Of a stretch of 64,000 nt of DNA, positions 46,421-58,600 are shown piece after piece; the first letter of the stretch is position 1; every line of letters begins with the position of its first letter. Made by a program: the position numbers and the translations under genes. The notes under the pieces are model-generated. The model saw only the letters and a list, made by a program, of their open reading frames with translations. It was not told the DNA's origin and searched no databases. This DNA comes from a virus, in the IMG/VR virus record IMGVR_UViG_3300028392_000030, positions 64,001 to 128,000 of that record; one strand, given 5' to 3'.

Positions 46421-46449
46421 ATTATACTACAAAAAGCAGATAAGGTAAA
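46421..46449 (-). promoter_or_regulatory. sigma70-type promoter heading the minus-strand modification operon
   Basis: TTTACC (46449-46444), 17 bp, TATAAT (46426-46421), 6 nt, ATG. Confidence 0.7.
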
Positions 46450-46467
46450 GGGGCCAACGCCCCTTTT
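46447..46467 (-). terminator. rho-independent terminator after the virion genes
   Basis: AAAGGGGC-caac-GCCCCTTT hairpin with A/T flanks on both sides. Confidence 0.7.
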
Positions 46468-46488
46468 GGTAAGACTGAATGTTGTTAA

Positions 46489-47466
46489 TTAATATCCAGG
46501 TGAGCTTACGCTACTAGCAACGGTAGGTGTGCCCCAAGTATTGGTTAGATAAGTTGATTCTGGTGGGAAGTACGTGACTACTGTAGTTGGTGCTGTTCCA
46601 AATGTAATGCCCGTTGTAGCAGTTCCTCCACTGATGTAGCGACTTGATCCAGACGTGGCACGAGCCGCAGAGAACCAAGTGGTGACCAAGGTCAACACAG
46701 TGCTTGATGTTTTTGTTGCTGTGACCTGGACATAGTCACCGGTATAGGTATATCCAGTATCAAATTGTTGATAAATGGTTGTTGGGCTACCGGTTAATTG
46801 ATTCCAACCTGTGCCTGTTGCTACTGTGGTTGGTGTGCCTGACCCGCCGACTACCTTAGTGCCTAAATATGTAACGTTGGCAATAACTTTACTACTAGCA
46901 TCAGATGTAAAATACACCGTGCCACATACAGTGTTAATAAAGTTGTTCCAGTCTGGGTCTGCGTCTGATCCGGTGCTGGTTTTGCTAAATTGGATTTTCA
47001 TGTAACCACCACCACCCCAGAAGTTTGTGGCTGCAGTGGCATTAGGGAAAGTCACAGTGTCAGTGAATGTAATTGTCCAGGCAGTATTGGTATGTCCAGT
47101 TGCGCCAGTTTGGCTAGCTGTTCCAGTCCAACCTGTGTATTGTGAACCGCTAGCATAAGCATAATAACGATTGGTATAGCACGAAGTAATATCTGTGTTA
47201 AGATTACTTAAAATAGCGATGGTATTACCAGCACTGGGACTGGTACGGCTGGTAAGAGCAGTGGCTTGATGATTACCCAAGCTGGTCAAGGTATTATTCA
47301 GTGAGGCCCACTGTGTGGCAGTAACTGTGCCGCCTGTAGACACAGTTGACAATGCAGTTTGTCCGTATGTGCTACTCCAAGTGGCATTGATATTAGCGCC
47401 TACTGTTGTGCTAACAAACCCGTTGTAGTCTGTTGCCTGTATTAATCCACCTACTGAATAAGTCAT
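46489..47466 (-). CDS. virion structural protein (Thr/Ser/Gly-rich, tail/baseplate associated)
   Basis: MTYSVGGLIQATDYN start; T/S/G-rich beta composition; in the structural block. Confidence 0.6.
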   Translation of the reverse strand: MTYSVGGLIQATDYNGFVSTTVGANINATWSSTYGQTALSTVSTGGTVTATQWASLNNTLTSLGNHQATALTSRTSPSAGNTIAILSNLNTDITSCYTNRYYAYASGSQYTGWTGTASQTGATGHTNTAWTITFTDTVTFPNATAATNFWGGGGYMKIQFSKTSTGSDADPDWNNFINTVCGTVYFTSDASSKVIANVTYLGTKVVGGSGTPTTVATGTGWNQLTGSPTTIYQQFDTGYTYTGDYVQVTATKTSSTVLTLVTTWFSAARATSGSSRYISGGTATTGITFGTAPTTVVTYFPPESTYLTNTWGTPTVASSVSSPGY

Positions 47467-47555
47467 TTTATTTTGTTTCCCTTTGTATTAGTTGATCAAT
47501 TTCAACGCAATTATTGTCAATAATCGCTGGGTGATTTTAATCCTGTCGTGCATAT

Positions 47556-48845
47556 TTATTTAATTGTAACAATAGCTTCGACGTAGGCTTCGCCTTCGTC
47601 TATTTTGTCTCGTAACGCACGGCCAATCACGTTGAATGCAGTGGCTTCACCGGACTTTGCTGCTCTGGCCAGGCCGTTACCTGCACTCACTAGTCTATCG
47701 CCTTTACGCACTTGACCAATGGTCCTAACAGGAACTCGTCCAGTCATTGCTACTGGAGGATGTGTGGCATTTGTTCCGGCAGCACCATTCATCATATATG
47801 CCGCTCTGGTACTTATGACTCCAAACACATTTTCGCTTAGATCCGAGTCGACTTGTGTGATTTCTGCTGAGCCGCCCAGTTCGACCACTGTGCCTGGACT
47901 CAATTCTGTATCTGACGCAAACCGTTCTGCCAAGTCAGCATAATTGGCATTGATTCCAGTTGCGCTACTAACAATTCCACTGGCGCCACTGATAGTCAAC
48001 ACTGTGGTAGGTGTTCCGGCAATGTTCGCGCCAAAGTTGATGTTGCCATTGGTGTCATTATTGCTGATGTTTATATCGGATCCTGCGACTGCAACAGTAA
48101 AGTCACCGTTTGATCCTACTGATAATCCTTGGTTGTTGGTGGTAGTTATTTTACCAGTGGTAGTTGCGGCAGCATCTGCTCGCATAAAGCTAGTGGCAGC
48201 AAGGCTAGAAGGTCCTAGAGTATCAGCATTGGTAATTGAGCCTTGGAATACGTAGGCCGCGCTGACTGTGCTGAGTTGTAAGCCAGGTTTAATGGTAGCA
48301 AATCCAGCGATAGCAGGACTAGGAGTAAATGCAGTGGTGTCTTTGCTCATGATACCCATCAAAACACCGCCAACATAAAGTTGTAAAATAGTATGTGCAA
48401 CAGCACTGTTATCTGTTACTGTGGCAGGAATAGCACCAGTAGTGCCTTGTGCATTGGTGAAAGCCGGACCGACCAAGATCCATGTTGTACCAGAATAAAC
48501 ATTTAATTGTTGGTTAGTGGTATCATACCACAAGTCGCCTTGGACATTTGAACTAGGTGCAGAAGCACTGGATGTTGCTGAACTGATTGTTTTCCAAACT
48601 GTGCCGTTCCACACACTCATTATTTTGTTCGTACTATTCCACCACAACTGACCAATCAATGGTGTTGTTGGCGCTGTGCTGTTGGAACTGTTTTCTAATA
48701 GATGGACAAAATTGTCATCTAAATATATGCCATAACCGGCGTAGTTTTTACCCGGTAAAGCCATGCTACAAGCGGTAGTATTAAGAGTACCATCTGCAAT
48801 GGTGGTTAATACTGATCCATTTGTTAAGTTAATTATGTATGACAT
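47556..48845 (-). CDS. tail fibre/baseplate protein with C-terminal peptidase-G2-type intramolecular chaperone domain
   Basis: N-terminal GKNYAGYG...NFVHLLENS...GQLWWN; C-terminal ANYADLAERF...GVIST...PVAMTGRVPV...KGDRLV. Confidence 0.65.
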   Translation of the reverse strand: MSYIINLTNGSVLTTIADGTLNTTACSMALPGKNYAGYGIYLDDNFVHLLENSSNSTAPTTPLIGQLWWNSTNKIMSVWNGTVWKTISSATSSASAPSSNVQGDLWYDTTNQQLNVYSGTTWILVGPAFTNAQGTTGAIPATVTDNSAVAHTILQLYVGGVLMGIMSKDTTAFTPSPAIAGFATIKPGLQLSTVSAAYVFQGSITNADTLGPSSLAATSFMRADAAATTTGKITTTNNQGLSVGSNGDFTVAVAGSDINISNNDTNGNINFGANIAGTPTTVLTISGASGIVSSATGINANYADLAERFASDTELSPGTVVELGGSAEITQVDSDLSENVFGVISTRAAYMMNGAAGTNATHPPVAMTGRVPVRTIGQVRKGDRLVSAGNGLARAAKSGEATAFNVIGRALRDKIDEGEAYVEAIVTIK

Positions 48846-48868
48846 TCTTGTTCACTCCGTCCTATTCT

Positions 48869-48899
48869 TATTTATGCGACCTTAATATACTCATATTTA
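48869..48899 (-). promoter_or_regulatory. tandem TAAATA late-type boxes upstream of the tail fibre gene
   Basis: TAAATA at 48899-48894 and 48874-48869; GGAG SD before ATG 48845. Confidence 0.45.
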
Positions 48900-49514
48900 T
48901 GCAGCACTTAGGTTAGTAAGTGTCTGAATACGTAGGGTATATTCAATTTGAATCTGGCGATTTAAACTCTTTTGCACAGGATGAAAAATCACATGAGTAA
49001 TCAACATTAAATCAGTTGCACTACCGGCCCAACTCTTGAGTCCCAGCTCATCAAATACGTATTCGCCATTAAAATTCGTACTGTTGTCAAATGCTTGTTG
49101 TCCAGCAGGTTCGCCGTAATCTAACAAACAAGTCACTAAAATATCTGTATAGGGCATGCCAGTGGTATGAATTACTGTCATATAGTTGTTTGCAGGATCT
49201 ACATCTGCTGCGCTGTTGTCGTCTACAACTTTGGCATAAGTTTCGTTATATAAGTCGGCATTTTGGCCAGTTATGTTGGGCGGCAAATATGTAATTACGC
49301 CAGTTGGATCCACGCTTGATCCACCATTGCCAAATGCCATTTCGTAAATCCAGCCGCCACCTTGGGCACTGGTGCGGTTGCTCAAAGTCTGAGCCATTGC
49401 AATACTGATATTCTCGTAATGAATTGCGTTCTTTTTATCTACTAGAACTTCGCCGGAGTTAGGGTCAGTTATTTTGACAAAACCTTCAATTTTGGCCAGG
49501 CCTGGTTGAATCAT
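48897..49514 (-). CDS. virion/baseplate-associated protein
   Basis: FGNGG...ITYLPPN, CLLDYGEP...QQAFDN, FDELGL, THVIFHPVQKSLNR; in the structural block. Confidence 0.6.
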   Translation of the reverse strand: MIQPGLAKIEGFVKITDPNSGEVLVDKKNAIHYENISIAMAQTLSNRTSAQGGGWIYEMAFGNGGSSVDPTGVITYLPPNITGQNADLYNETYAKVVDDNSAADVDPANNYMTVIHTTGMPYTDILVTCLLDYGEPAGQQAFDNSTNFNGEYVFDELGLKSWAGSATDLMLITHVIFHPVQKSLNRQIQIEYTLRIQTLTNLSAA

Positions 49515-49660
49515 GCTCGTTTCTCCACAAATGTCTCTTTGGTTTTAGGATCAAATATTTTTACAAACCCTTCGACTGATATGGCACTGGTTTCGTTGGG
49601 CCGTTTGGGCTTAGTAGCCGTCGGCTTTTGTTGTGCGGATTGTTGGGTATTTTTTTCCAT
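49511..49660 (-). CDS. 49-aa protein resembling the N-terminus of the next gene (absent from the ORF track)
   Basis: MEKNTQQSAQQKPTATKPKRPNETSAISVEGFVKIFDPKTKETFVEKRA; TAAATA box 6 nt upstream; ATGA overlap. Confidence 0.75.
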   Translation of the reverse strand: MEKNTQQSAQQKPTATKPKRPNETSAISVEGFVKIFDPKTKETFVEKRA

Positions 49661-49679
49661 GTATATTATTTACCTTGAA

Positions 49680-52600
49680 TTATCGTCCCTGTAAAAACCT
49701 TGCACATATAGTGTCAGTTTCATTGAGTGGCAAGTCTGGTGTTGCTAAATTATACCAAGTGTGTGCTCGTTTAACTAAAATAGCTACCTCGTAACCAGTA
49801 GGTGGTGCTGTGTTAAACTCCACAGTAACAGGATTATCAGCAGTGATCGTGTAGTCAGTATCAGGAATTCTGGTTCCACCTATGTATACTTCTACTGACT
49901 CATCACGTGTTGCACTGGGCTCTTGACTGATGTCAATGTCAGCGGTAAATTCAACAGTTGTTCCGTCACCTAGGTTTACACCAGACTCTAGCGGGTTGGT
50001 TATGTTTGATACAATATAATTCTGGCAAGTAAGTGGCATTAAGTTTTCACGTCCCATGTTGTAAACCGCTGTGCCCGCTGTATGGATAGTGATTGCTGTT
50101 CCTGCTGTTCCGCGTAATAATCCGCTGACTGTGTTGGCCACAGTGTCTCTATGACGATACATGATCCGTTCACCGTTGATGGTAAGAATTCCCCAGATGT
50201 TTGCAGCTCCGTCAGTTACGATCCAGTAATCAGTGTCGGTTGGCAAGTGGCCAACAGTAGGCTCAATGGCTTGGTAAAAACCATCACCATACATGACCAC
50301 ATCACCAACGACATAAGAAATGTTATTGTTGTAAGCTGTGGCAAGATTTGGGTCGCCCAATGCGGTTGCATCCTCTACATAGATAATGTCATCAAGAACT
50401 GCAACTGATTGAACTAAAGTGGTCGTAGTGCTGGGTGTTATTCTGTAGGTGGCTTGAACTTGACGCATGTCTTGGAATATGCGGAAAGCAGTTGGATTTG
50501 GTACTACCCTATTGGTAAACAGTGTAATGGCCAGCACATCTGTTGATATAATAGTCTGTCCTGAAATAGTTATACTAGTGCCGTTCAGTATGTAGTCGAT
50601 TCCGTTGAACAAGTAGTAACCATTTAGTGTCACTAACATTCGTGCTGGGTTGGTAATTTCACGTCCGATATCAAATGTATTATTGTTGATTGAGCCAGGG
50701 CCTACAAATACTTCGGTCAACAGGTCTTGTTCAGCAGTGTCGTTCCAAGTTATTATGTCAATACTGTCACCATCAGCTGGTATGCTGCCAGGTAAGAATG
50801 TTAACGAATTGTTGTATACTCGATATCCACAATCAGTTGCAACTGACAATAATATTTTAGATCCAGTTACTGGAGCAGTAGTAAATGTTATGGTTCTGTA
50901 ATTAGAGATCCCATCGTACGCATCAACAACATAATCTGTATCTTGAATTAATTTAATATTATCAACAAATACGAGTACGTCGTTATCAGACACTAGTGCA
51001 GGATTGTATCCATAGCTGTTGGGCAACTGATATACATCTGTAACTCCGTCGCCTAGGTATTCACTGCCTTGATAAGGGTTCATTCTATTGCCGTTAAACG
51101 ATACAACAAGATTAACTTGATTGGTTCCTTGCATACTGTTGATCAAATCAACAGTGGTAGTATTGCCATCGGATATAAAACTTTGATCCACGGGCAGGCT
51201 CCAACTATGAGTTATACCATCAACGGCATACCCAAGCACAGCCAAGTTAATACGAGCTGTATTATCGTATGTAGTAGCAAACGTGATAGTAGTTGACCCA
51301 CCACTGCTGGTAACAGTATAATCAGTTCCTACAATCAATTGATTCTCGCCGTTGTAAATCAATATCCCAGGGTAAGTCATAACGTCATTGACTATAGTTG
51401 TATAGATGACGGCACCTTTTGATATCAATGTCCATCCAACTAAATTAACTGGAAGATTACCAGTGGTCACTGCGGTAGCACGATAAAAATCATCACCATA
51501 AGAAACCACATCACCTTGAACGTATGTTGTGGCAATATTGTAAGCAGATGCCACTGCAAACGGCACTGTCACTTCATCAAGCATCTCTTGATTATATGTG
51601 TTGAGGTACAGTTGGTTGCCACCGCCAACTCCGGTCACATAAAGATCTATAATATCACCGTCAGTTTCAGTTAGGCCTAGTGTGACTTCATAGTTGACCC
51701 AATCAAAATTAACTGGTTGAATGGCCAAGCCCAGCGTTGTGTTAAACACAACAACTGTAAATGGGTACTCTAATAATCCAGCAAAGCTCGATACAGGGGC
51801 TGCTGAATTGTATACATATCTCTGAGAAACGGCTGGGAACCCGTGTCCAAGACCAGTGTTATCAAATCCTGGAGCGGTGTAAACACGGAAATCTAAAGTG
51901 TCAAACTCACTGCCCGGAACCAACTCTTCTGGTGCGTAACTGCTGAATACATCAATGTATCCACCACCATCGACATTGATATCAGTGGGTCTAGTTCCTA
52001 AGAATACGTCATCAAACGAACTTGAATAGGCAGCATCTAACAGGGCAGGATCATAGGTTGGAAAACCTTCTGGGCTAATGCTGATATTATCAAAAGGATT
52101 GATATCATAATTGCCCACATCATATCCAGTGTTGTATGAAAAGTCCAAGGCATACACTTGAACACCTGGGTAGTTAAGACCATCTATTAACAATGGCAAA
52201 CTACGACCAGGCTGGTTAACTGTGGGCAGATAAAAACCTTGTGTTCGGTCGATACCACTCAACGTGCTGGCCGACACTCTGTTCCATTCTTCAATGATAA
52301 ATGGGTTGTAGAAATTCACAGGTTCCAAGTTGATCGACTGTAATACTGCACGACTAATTGTTACAACGTTGTCAACATCGTTGATTAAAGTAACAGTTGT
52401 GTCTGCTGGTATTCCAAGGCCGGTTACGATCATACCTGTGGTCAATCCTGTAGTCGACGGCACAGTTAATGTGTATGCTACGGCCGTTCCTATTGAATCA
52501 AGCACAATTGGTGTATTAGTTACTGTATCAATTGCTTGCCACACAGTATTTGCAAATCGAACTTGAGTGTTGGCAGGATAACTAGCTACCAAATAGTCCC

Positions 52601-55600
52601 AGTCAGTGATGGTGCTCAAGTATTCATAGCGGTCATACTTAATAGTCATGTTGAATTCGCGCACAAGCGGATTGCCCATGTTTGCTCGGGCTTGTGCCCC
52701 TATGCCAGTATCACTTACAAATGTTATCACAGGGTTTGTAGTATACCCAGAACCTTCATTGACGACATTGACTGCTATTACTTGTAATGAAGAATTAATA
52801 ACTGCCACTGCGGTAGCTGGTGTTCCAACATAGGCCAAAGTAGCTGTTCCGACCAGTTGACTACCTGTTGTAAATTCTGGCGGGATATCAGCAGAAGTTC
52901 CAGATATGGTCACTGAATATAAATTAGATCCGTAAAATACCTGTTGGCCCACGGTGTATGCTGTATCAGCTGTCCACTTGGTTCCAATCACCACTTCTGG
53001 TTCTGCAGCATAACCTGATCCGGTTGCAGTAACACTAACTGACATTAAACTCAACAAATAATTGTTAAACCATTCTTGCCAAGGTGTTGTTGCCCAAATT
53101 TCTGCATCCGCCGGAGTGTCTGCAATGTCGCTGGCCTTGCCAGTTCCTGTTGCAGTGCTCTTGGTATACGGTAATAAAATTGGACTGACAAACTGCGGTA
53201 TTTCCAGTGCAGTATCGTAATAAGATGGGTTGTCAAAGTCAGTAGCAAATCCCGGATAGTCATCTTGTCCTTTATACACTAGATTAAACTGTTTGACCTG
53301 CACATGGTATGGCTTGACTTCTTGCAAGTAATCAGACACAAAGTCTTGATTGTCTCGACGATAGGTCGGAAACGGCAACAATGATCTAATGTCGTGACGA
53401 ACATTAATAAAGCTGGTCTTCATTAGCCAATCTGGCGCTTGTTCTTCAGTCAATATAAATTTGAACATGAGAATCAACAGTTGATTCTTAAAGATGGCTA
53501 GATCATTTATAAACAATTCAGTGTTGATTGCTTGTATGATATTGCGTGTTTCTATTGCTGGTTCTTGGTCATAGTATTGAGCGTCATATACTTCTGCATC
53601 AAACCCATAACGTCCTGCAGCATAATCCCACAATGTGTTATCAAAAGCAATGGTACCGTCTTGTAGCCCAACACGCTCCCATCCGGTGGCGGTCTTAACA
53701 TAAATTTCCCATTTATTTTGTGCATTAGCTGTGACTTTGACACTGGCTCCTACAGACACATCAAGTGTTACAAGACTAGAATAATTTGGAACTTGAGCAA
53801 CCGGTACGGTCGATGAGTTATAACCTAGTTTGTACCAGTCAATGTAATTCCAGTAATTTTTTGTATTGAAATTCTGAATTCTAACCAACTGCGGAACTCT
53901 AGGTGCTGCCGAAGCATTGGATTCCAACACAACCTCATAAATTGTCCAAGCGCCATTGTAGGTGCTGTCCGACAAAATCAAATACTTGTATCCCAATGGA
54001 ACTTGATAGAAGTTTTGGTAACTCAACTGTTCAATATTGTCCAATACTTTGTTGTATTGTTCACTGCCAGCGGCTGGAATAGGTTCGCTAGAATTTAACA
54101 ATATAAATCTGCGTTGTTCGACAATGGGCAAATACTTTAGTATTTCGTTGGTTCTTGTCAAATAGTTTTCTAATGCCATTAAGCGATCAACAAACAAACT
54201 TTGACGAGGACTAAATGCTACCCCATACTGTTCAGGAGGACTCAAGAATGGATCTGGAACCTGTGCACCATTTTGATTGTATCCACAGAAACTGTCTTGT
54301 AACTTTTGATAAAGATTATCGGCAAGGAAACTGGTTGGATCACCATCAGCAATCAATTGGAATTCAGTATGAATATTGGCATCTGATAATTCTTGTGAAA
54401 AATCTACATGCAGGATAGTGTCAGAAGCCGAAAGATATTGCGACCCATTATAGATTGCCACTGTGCTGGCATCAAGCGCCGCAATATAAGGTATACCACT
54501 ACTGCGTGGCTCTTCGACGTATCTGGCAATACCAGTTGTGCTGAGAGTTTTCCCTTCGTTGACAGCAATGGTTGTGATTCCTGAAACCCAGAAATAATAA
54601 ACAGTTTCAAATGTGCCAGTGGCGTTTAAATGTGCTCTTACTGAATAGCTGGTAGTGTTTAATGGTTGACCTTCGCTGGCGTAACCAGCTGGCGGTGTTG
54701 AGCTAGCAACCCATTGATAAATGTCTACTGTGCTGCCAGGAAATAACTGTCCCCAGCGACGGCTAGCATACACAATATCATCTTGATTGGGATCAATAAA
54801 TCGTGCATTTGTTGTATCCCACCAAATTGTTCCCACACGTTCGGATCCCCAGAAGTTACCAATATTGTTGATTGGCCCAAAATTATATTGAGCTGGATTT
54901 ACTTGACTGATAAAATCAATATTTTGTCTAGCAACTCCTAATATTTTACCTTGCAACGGATCAATGAAATCAAAGAAATAAGTTTCTTGACTTTGTAACT
55001 TGTTATACATGTATACACTGTTCAACAACTCAACATCGACCACTGGTTGTTGTTGACGCAATATTTTCCAAGCAGGCAATCGATCTAAGTTAACAAATTG
55101 TCCAACCCGGCCGTAGTTGTCTGCGCCAGTTGGACTTCCTATCAGTAGTTTACCTGTGGTATAATTAACAGCTGAGCCCCATTGGTCTAGTGGGTCTGTC
55201 AAGTTATCGTATATTTGTTGGCCAAAGACAAAATTTCCAGGATTTGTCACTGAGTCAGTGGCACTGGGTAAGTAATCAAAAGTATATACTACACCACTTT
55301 CTACAATACCGTTAAAGAATGTAGTGCTACGGTCATCAAAATATGTAGTTCCGTTGTCAAAAATTACAGCTTCGTATAAATCACCACGTGGTGCACCAAC
55401 AACCAATGTCAATGCTGTTGTATCAATGTTTAATGCGGCACCAAAGTTTGCACTGGCAGTAGGATTTGGACTGGTTATAGTCTGGGTATAGGCGTACGAG
55501 TTAAATCCAAGATCAGCAAATGCTGTACCAGTAATACCTGGCCACACTGTTAATCTATTATAGGCGTCGGCGGCCGCAACATTAACTATGCTGATAGTCA

Positions 55601-58600
55601 ACAATCCATTAGACGCAGAGGCTGTAACATTGGGTATAGCCGCATCAATGATAGCTTGCGCCAAGCCTTCGACAGTATTGTCTGGACCGGCAGGAACTGC
55701 CACCGGCATATTATTGACACGTATAGTGTTGCCTGCGGTCAATGTAGGATTGCTATTAGTAGACGTTGTTGTTCCATAAACACGAGCCTGGTTAACATTT
55801 CGTTGCACCGAACCAGCTGCTACAAGAATTGTTCCGTCTACTGGGGCACCTGTATAGATACTACAATTGTTTGGGCAAACATCAACTGCGGTGCCAAATG
55901 CGGATTCGTCATACGGCGTATCAGGTACTATCTTTTGCACTTGAGTAAAGATATTGCTTTCAATTTCTAATATATCGCCTACATTCAACACCACATCTAA
56001 TACTACATCGCCACCGGTTACTGCAAATTGCCCATTGATATATTGAGCACTATTGGTCAAGTATACATTATTTAAAACTACTGCCACAGGATCTTGGTAG
56101 CCCGCTGGTAATGTATAGGTGAGTTGTGAGGTATCGCTTATGATGTAACGTGTTACGCTGCGATCAAATACATACACGGCTCCACAATGTGCAACAGGTG
56201 CAGATGAGTCGTTGTTGGCACCAATGATAATTTGACGACCATCTGTTGTGGTATGAATGCTAGAGCCAAATCTTGCGCTTGCAGGACCTTCAATGGCCGC
56301 CATTGGTTGCCAATAAGTTCCAGATATTATTTTAATTGCACTGTCAAGATCTGGAGCGGTTGCAAATGTTATTGGGCTATTGCCCGAGGTAGAGAATGTA
56401 TAATCAACATCTGGAACTTGTATCACGTCATTGACATACACAATAAAACTATAGATATTGTCAGCAGTGTATAGATACGGTCCTAGATCAAACACAGTTT
56501 CAACTCCGTCACCAACATAATCTTGTTGGACTTTACGAGTTACAAATAATTTTTCGTTAGCTGGCGGTATTCCTGCCAGGTTAATTACAGTGCCGCCTAC
56601 AGTATAATCGACACCAATGGTCAACAGATTGTTGTTTAGCACCACTGCTAACTGTAATTCGTTGTCAAATTCAATTATACCACCCACATTATAAACTTGG
56701 TAAACACCCGGAGTAATAAATTCTGCTTGTTGACGTGGTATTGTGATACGACCATATGGATATACTTTGTTTTGACCCGGAGCCGACACATACATCCATT
56801 GCTCGTCCTGACTTATGGTTACACTATATCCAAATTCAGCATTGCTAAAATCACCATCAGGCGAAGTTAATAATTGACGTTCTTCAAATGCTGTGCTGCC
56901 TGTGGCTCGATATATTGCCACAGCATAACCTTGATTACCATTGCTTGCACTGGCACCGACTACTGCCCAGTTTTGGTATCCTATCTGCATAGCATTACCG
57001 AAGCCGAGTGTGTCAGCAGCGCTCAATGATAAGATAGAATTTTCAGAATAGTTGTCGTTGACATCTTTAACATAGGTATAGATGGCACCGGTAGCATCGT
57101 CGCCTCCTGTTGGGGCTCCTATCATAGCAATAATATTTTGATATCCTTGTGCGACAGAGCTGCCATAACCTGAATTAACTACCGGAACTTTTGGTGTTAT
57201 TGCTCCAGCATCAGTAAAAGGGTCAGTCTTTTCTAAAACTTCCCAAAGTCCAGATCCGTTATTATCTACCCAAACTTTAGCACCCGGTACCAGTGCATCC
57301 GCATAAGGAAGCGTTATCACATCGCTGGCCTGACTTACACGCATGGTTTGCAGACTAAATCCTAGACCAGAACCAGTTACAGCATTTGTTATAGTTAATG
57401 CGATAGCTACTGACGTTAACCCTGGCAATGCCAGCACACGATATACACCATCAACTGTGGTGTCTAAGAATCTGATTATAACTATGTCACCTACCACCAA
57501 TCCAGGTGGGCGTGTAAATGTTACGATTGTGGTACCATTGAGGTTCGGCGTAGCAGAACTTATATACCCAGGTACTTCGGTGCATCTATAAACATTCCAA
57601 TCGTAGGCATTGCTTTTTGCTGCCCAGACTGTGGTCCCAATACCAATTGTGTTTAAAACGCCAGTGGCCAAGCCCAGTTGACCCTCAAGATCAAATACTG
57701 TTATATCTACATCTTGTAAATTTACATATCCTGCGCTGGGCAATGCAGAATCTGCCACTGGCATAACGGCAGTCGGAAAGATATCTGGACTGGTTACATT
57801 GTAGCTTTCTCTCCACAAGTCTGCATACAGTATAGTCTGATCAGCTATACTAGATTCTTGAGGAGCAATGATTTGCACCGTTCCTGGGTTTGCAGTCAAC
57901 AATGCTTCGTTGAGTCGCATCTCAACAAACCGACGGTTGGCATTGGCACCATATATACCACGCTGGATTCCCCAGTTTTCGTATATCTGATACTGTGCAG
58001 TTTCTTTGTTAAGATTAGCATTGGTCAACAAACGCACACTGTTGAGCGTGCCTTTGTCCTGAATCAACTGTTGATACAAGTTGACTTGACTTATATCGCC
58101 TAGGTTCAAATCAACCATATACTGACGTGGCCTGAATCCAATCAAGCCAAAGGCAAACAAATCTTGTTCAAGTTGTAGATTGGCTTGATTGACATCGTAA
58201 CTGTTGGCCAATTGGTTGGACAACAATGGAATATTTTGTAATAGGCCGCCTTGTATTTTGGTGTAATTGCTCTGCGACCAAAGAGATTGATTCCATTGGG
58301 CAGAAGGTTGCACAATGTCAAGGGCTTGCCAATAGTTATTTTTGTAAATAACAATTTCGCCTTTGGTGTATTTCTGCAAAGGTTGCCATTCTTTTACTGT
58401 TTGTGTATTGTTGTTTATAAATCCTTGTGCATCCAGCTGGCCGTTCCAGTCAGCAGCAACTGTTGCTATGACCGTGACACGACTTTGTCTTGCACCTGTG
58501 GCAGGATCATACAATAGATCACCAAACACACTGACATTGTCTAATATGACCAAGCTCTCGTAACTGGTTTGACGTAGCGCAATATAACTTATAGTTTGTT

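Noticed and set aside
47553-47558. TAAATA as a late promoter for 46489-47466
   Set aside because: It coincides with the upstream stop codon in AT-rich DNA and lies about 90 nt from the ATG. It is plausible but cannot be told from chance without TSS data.
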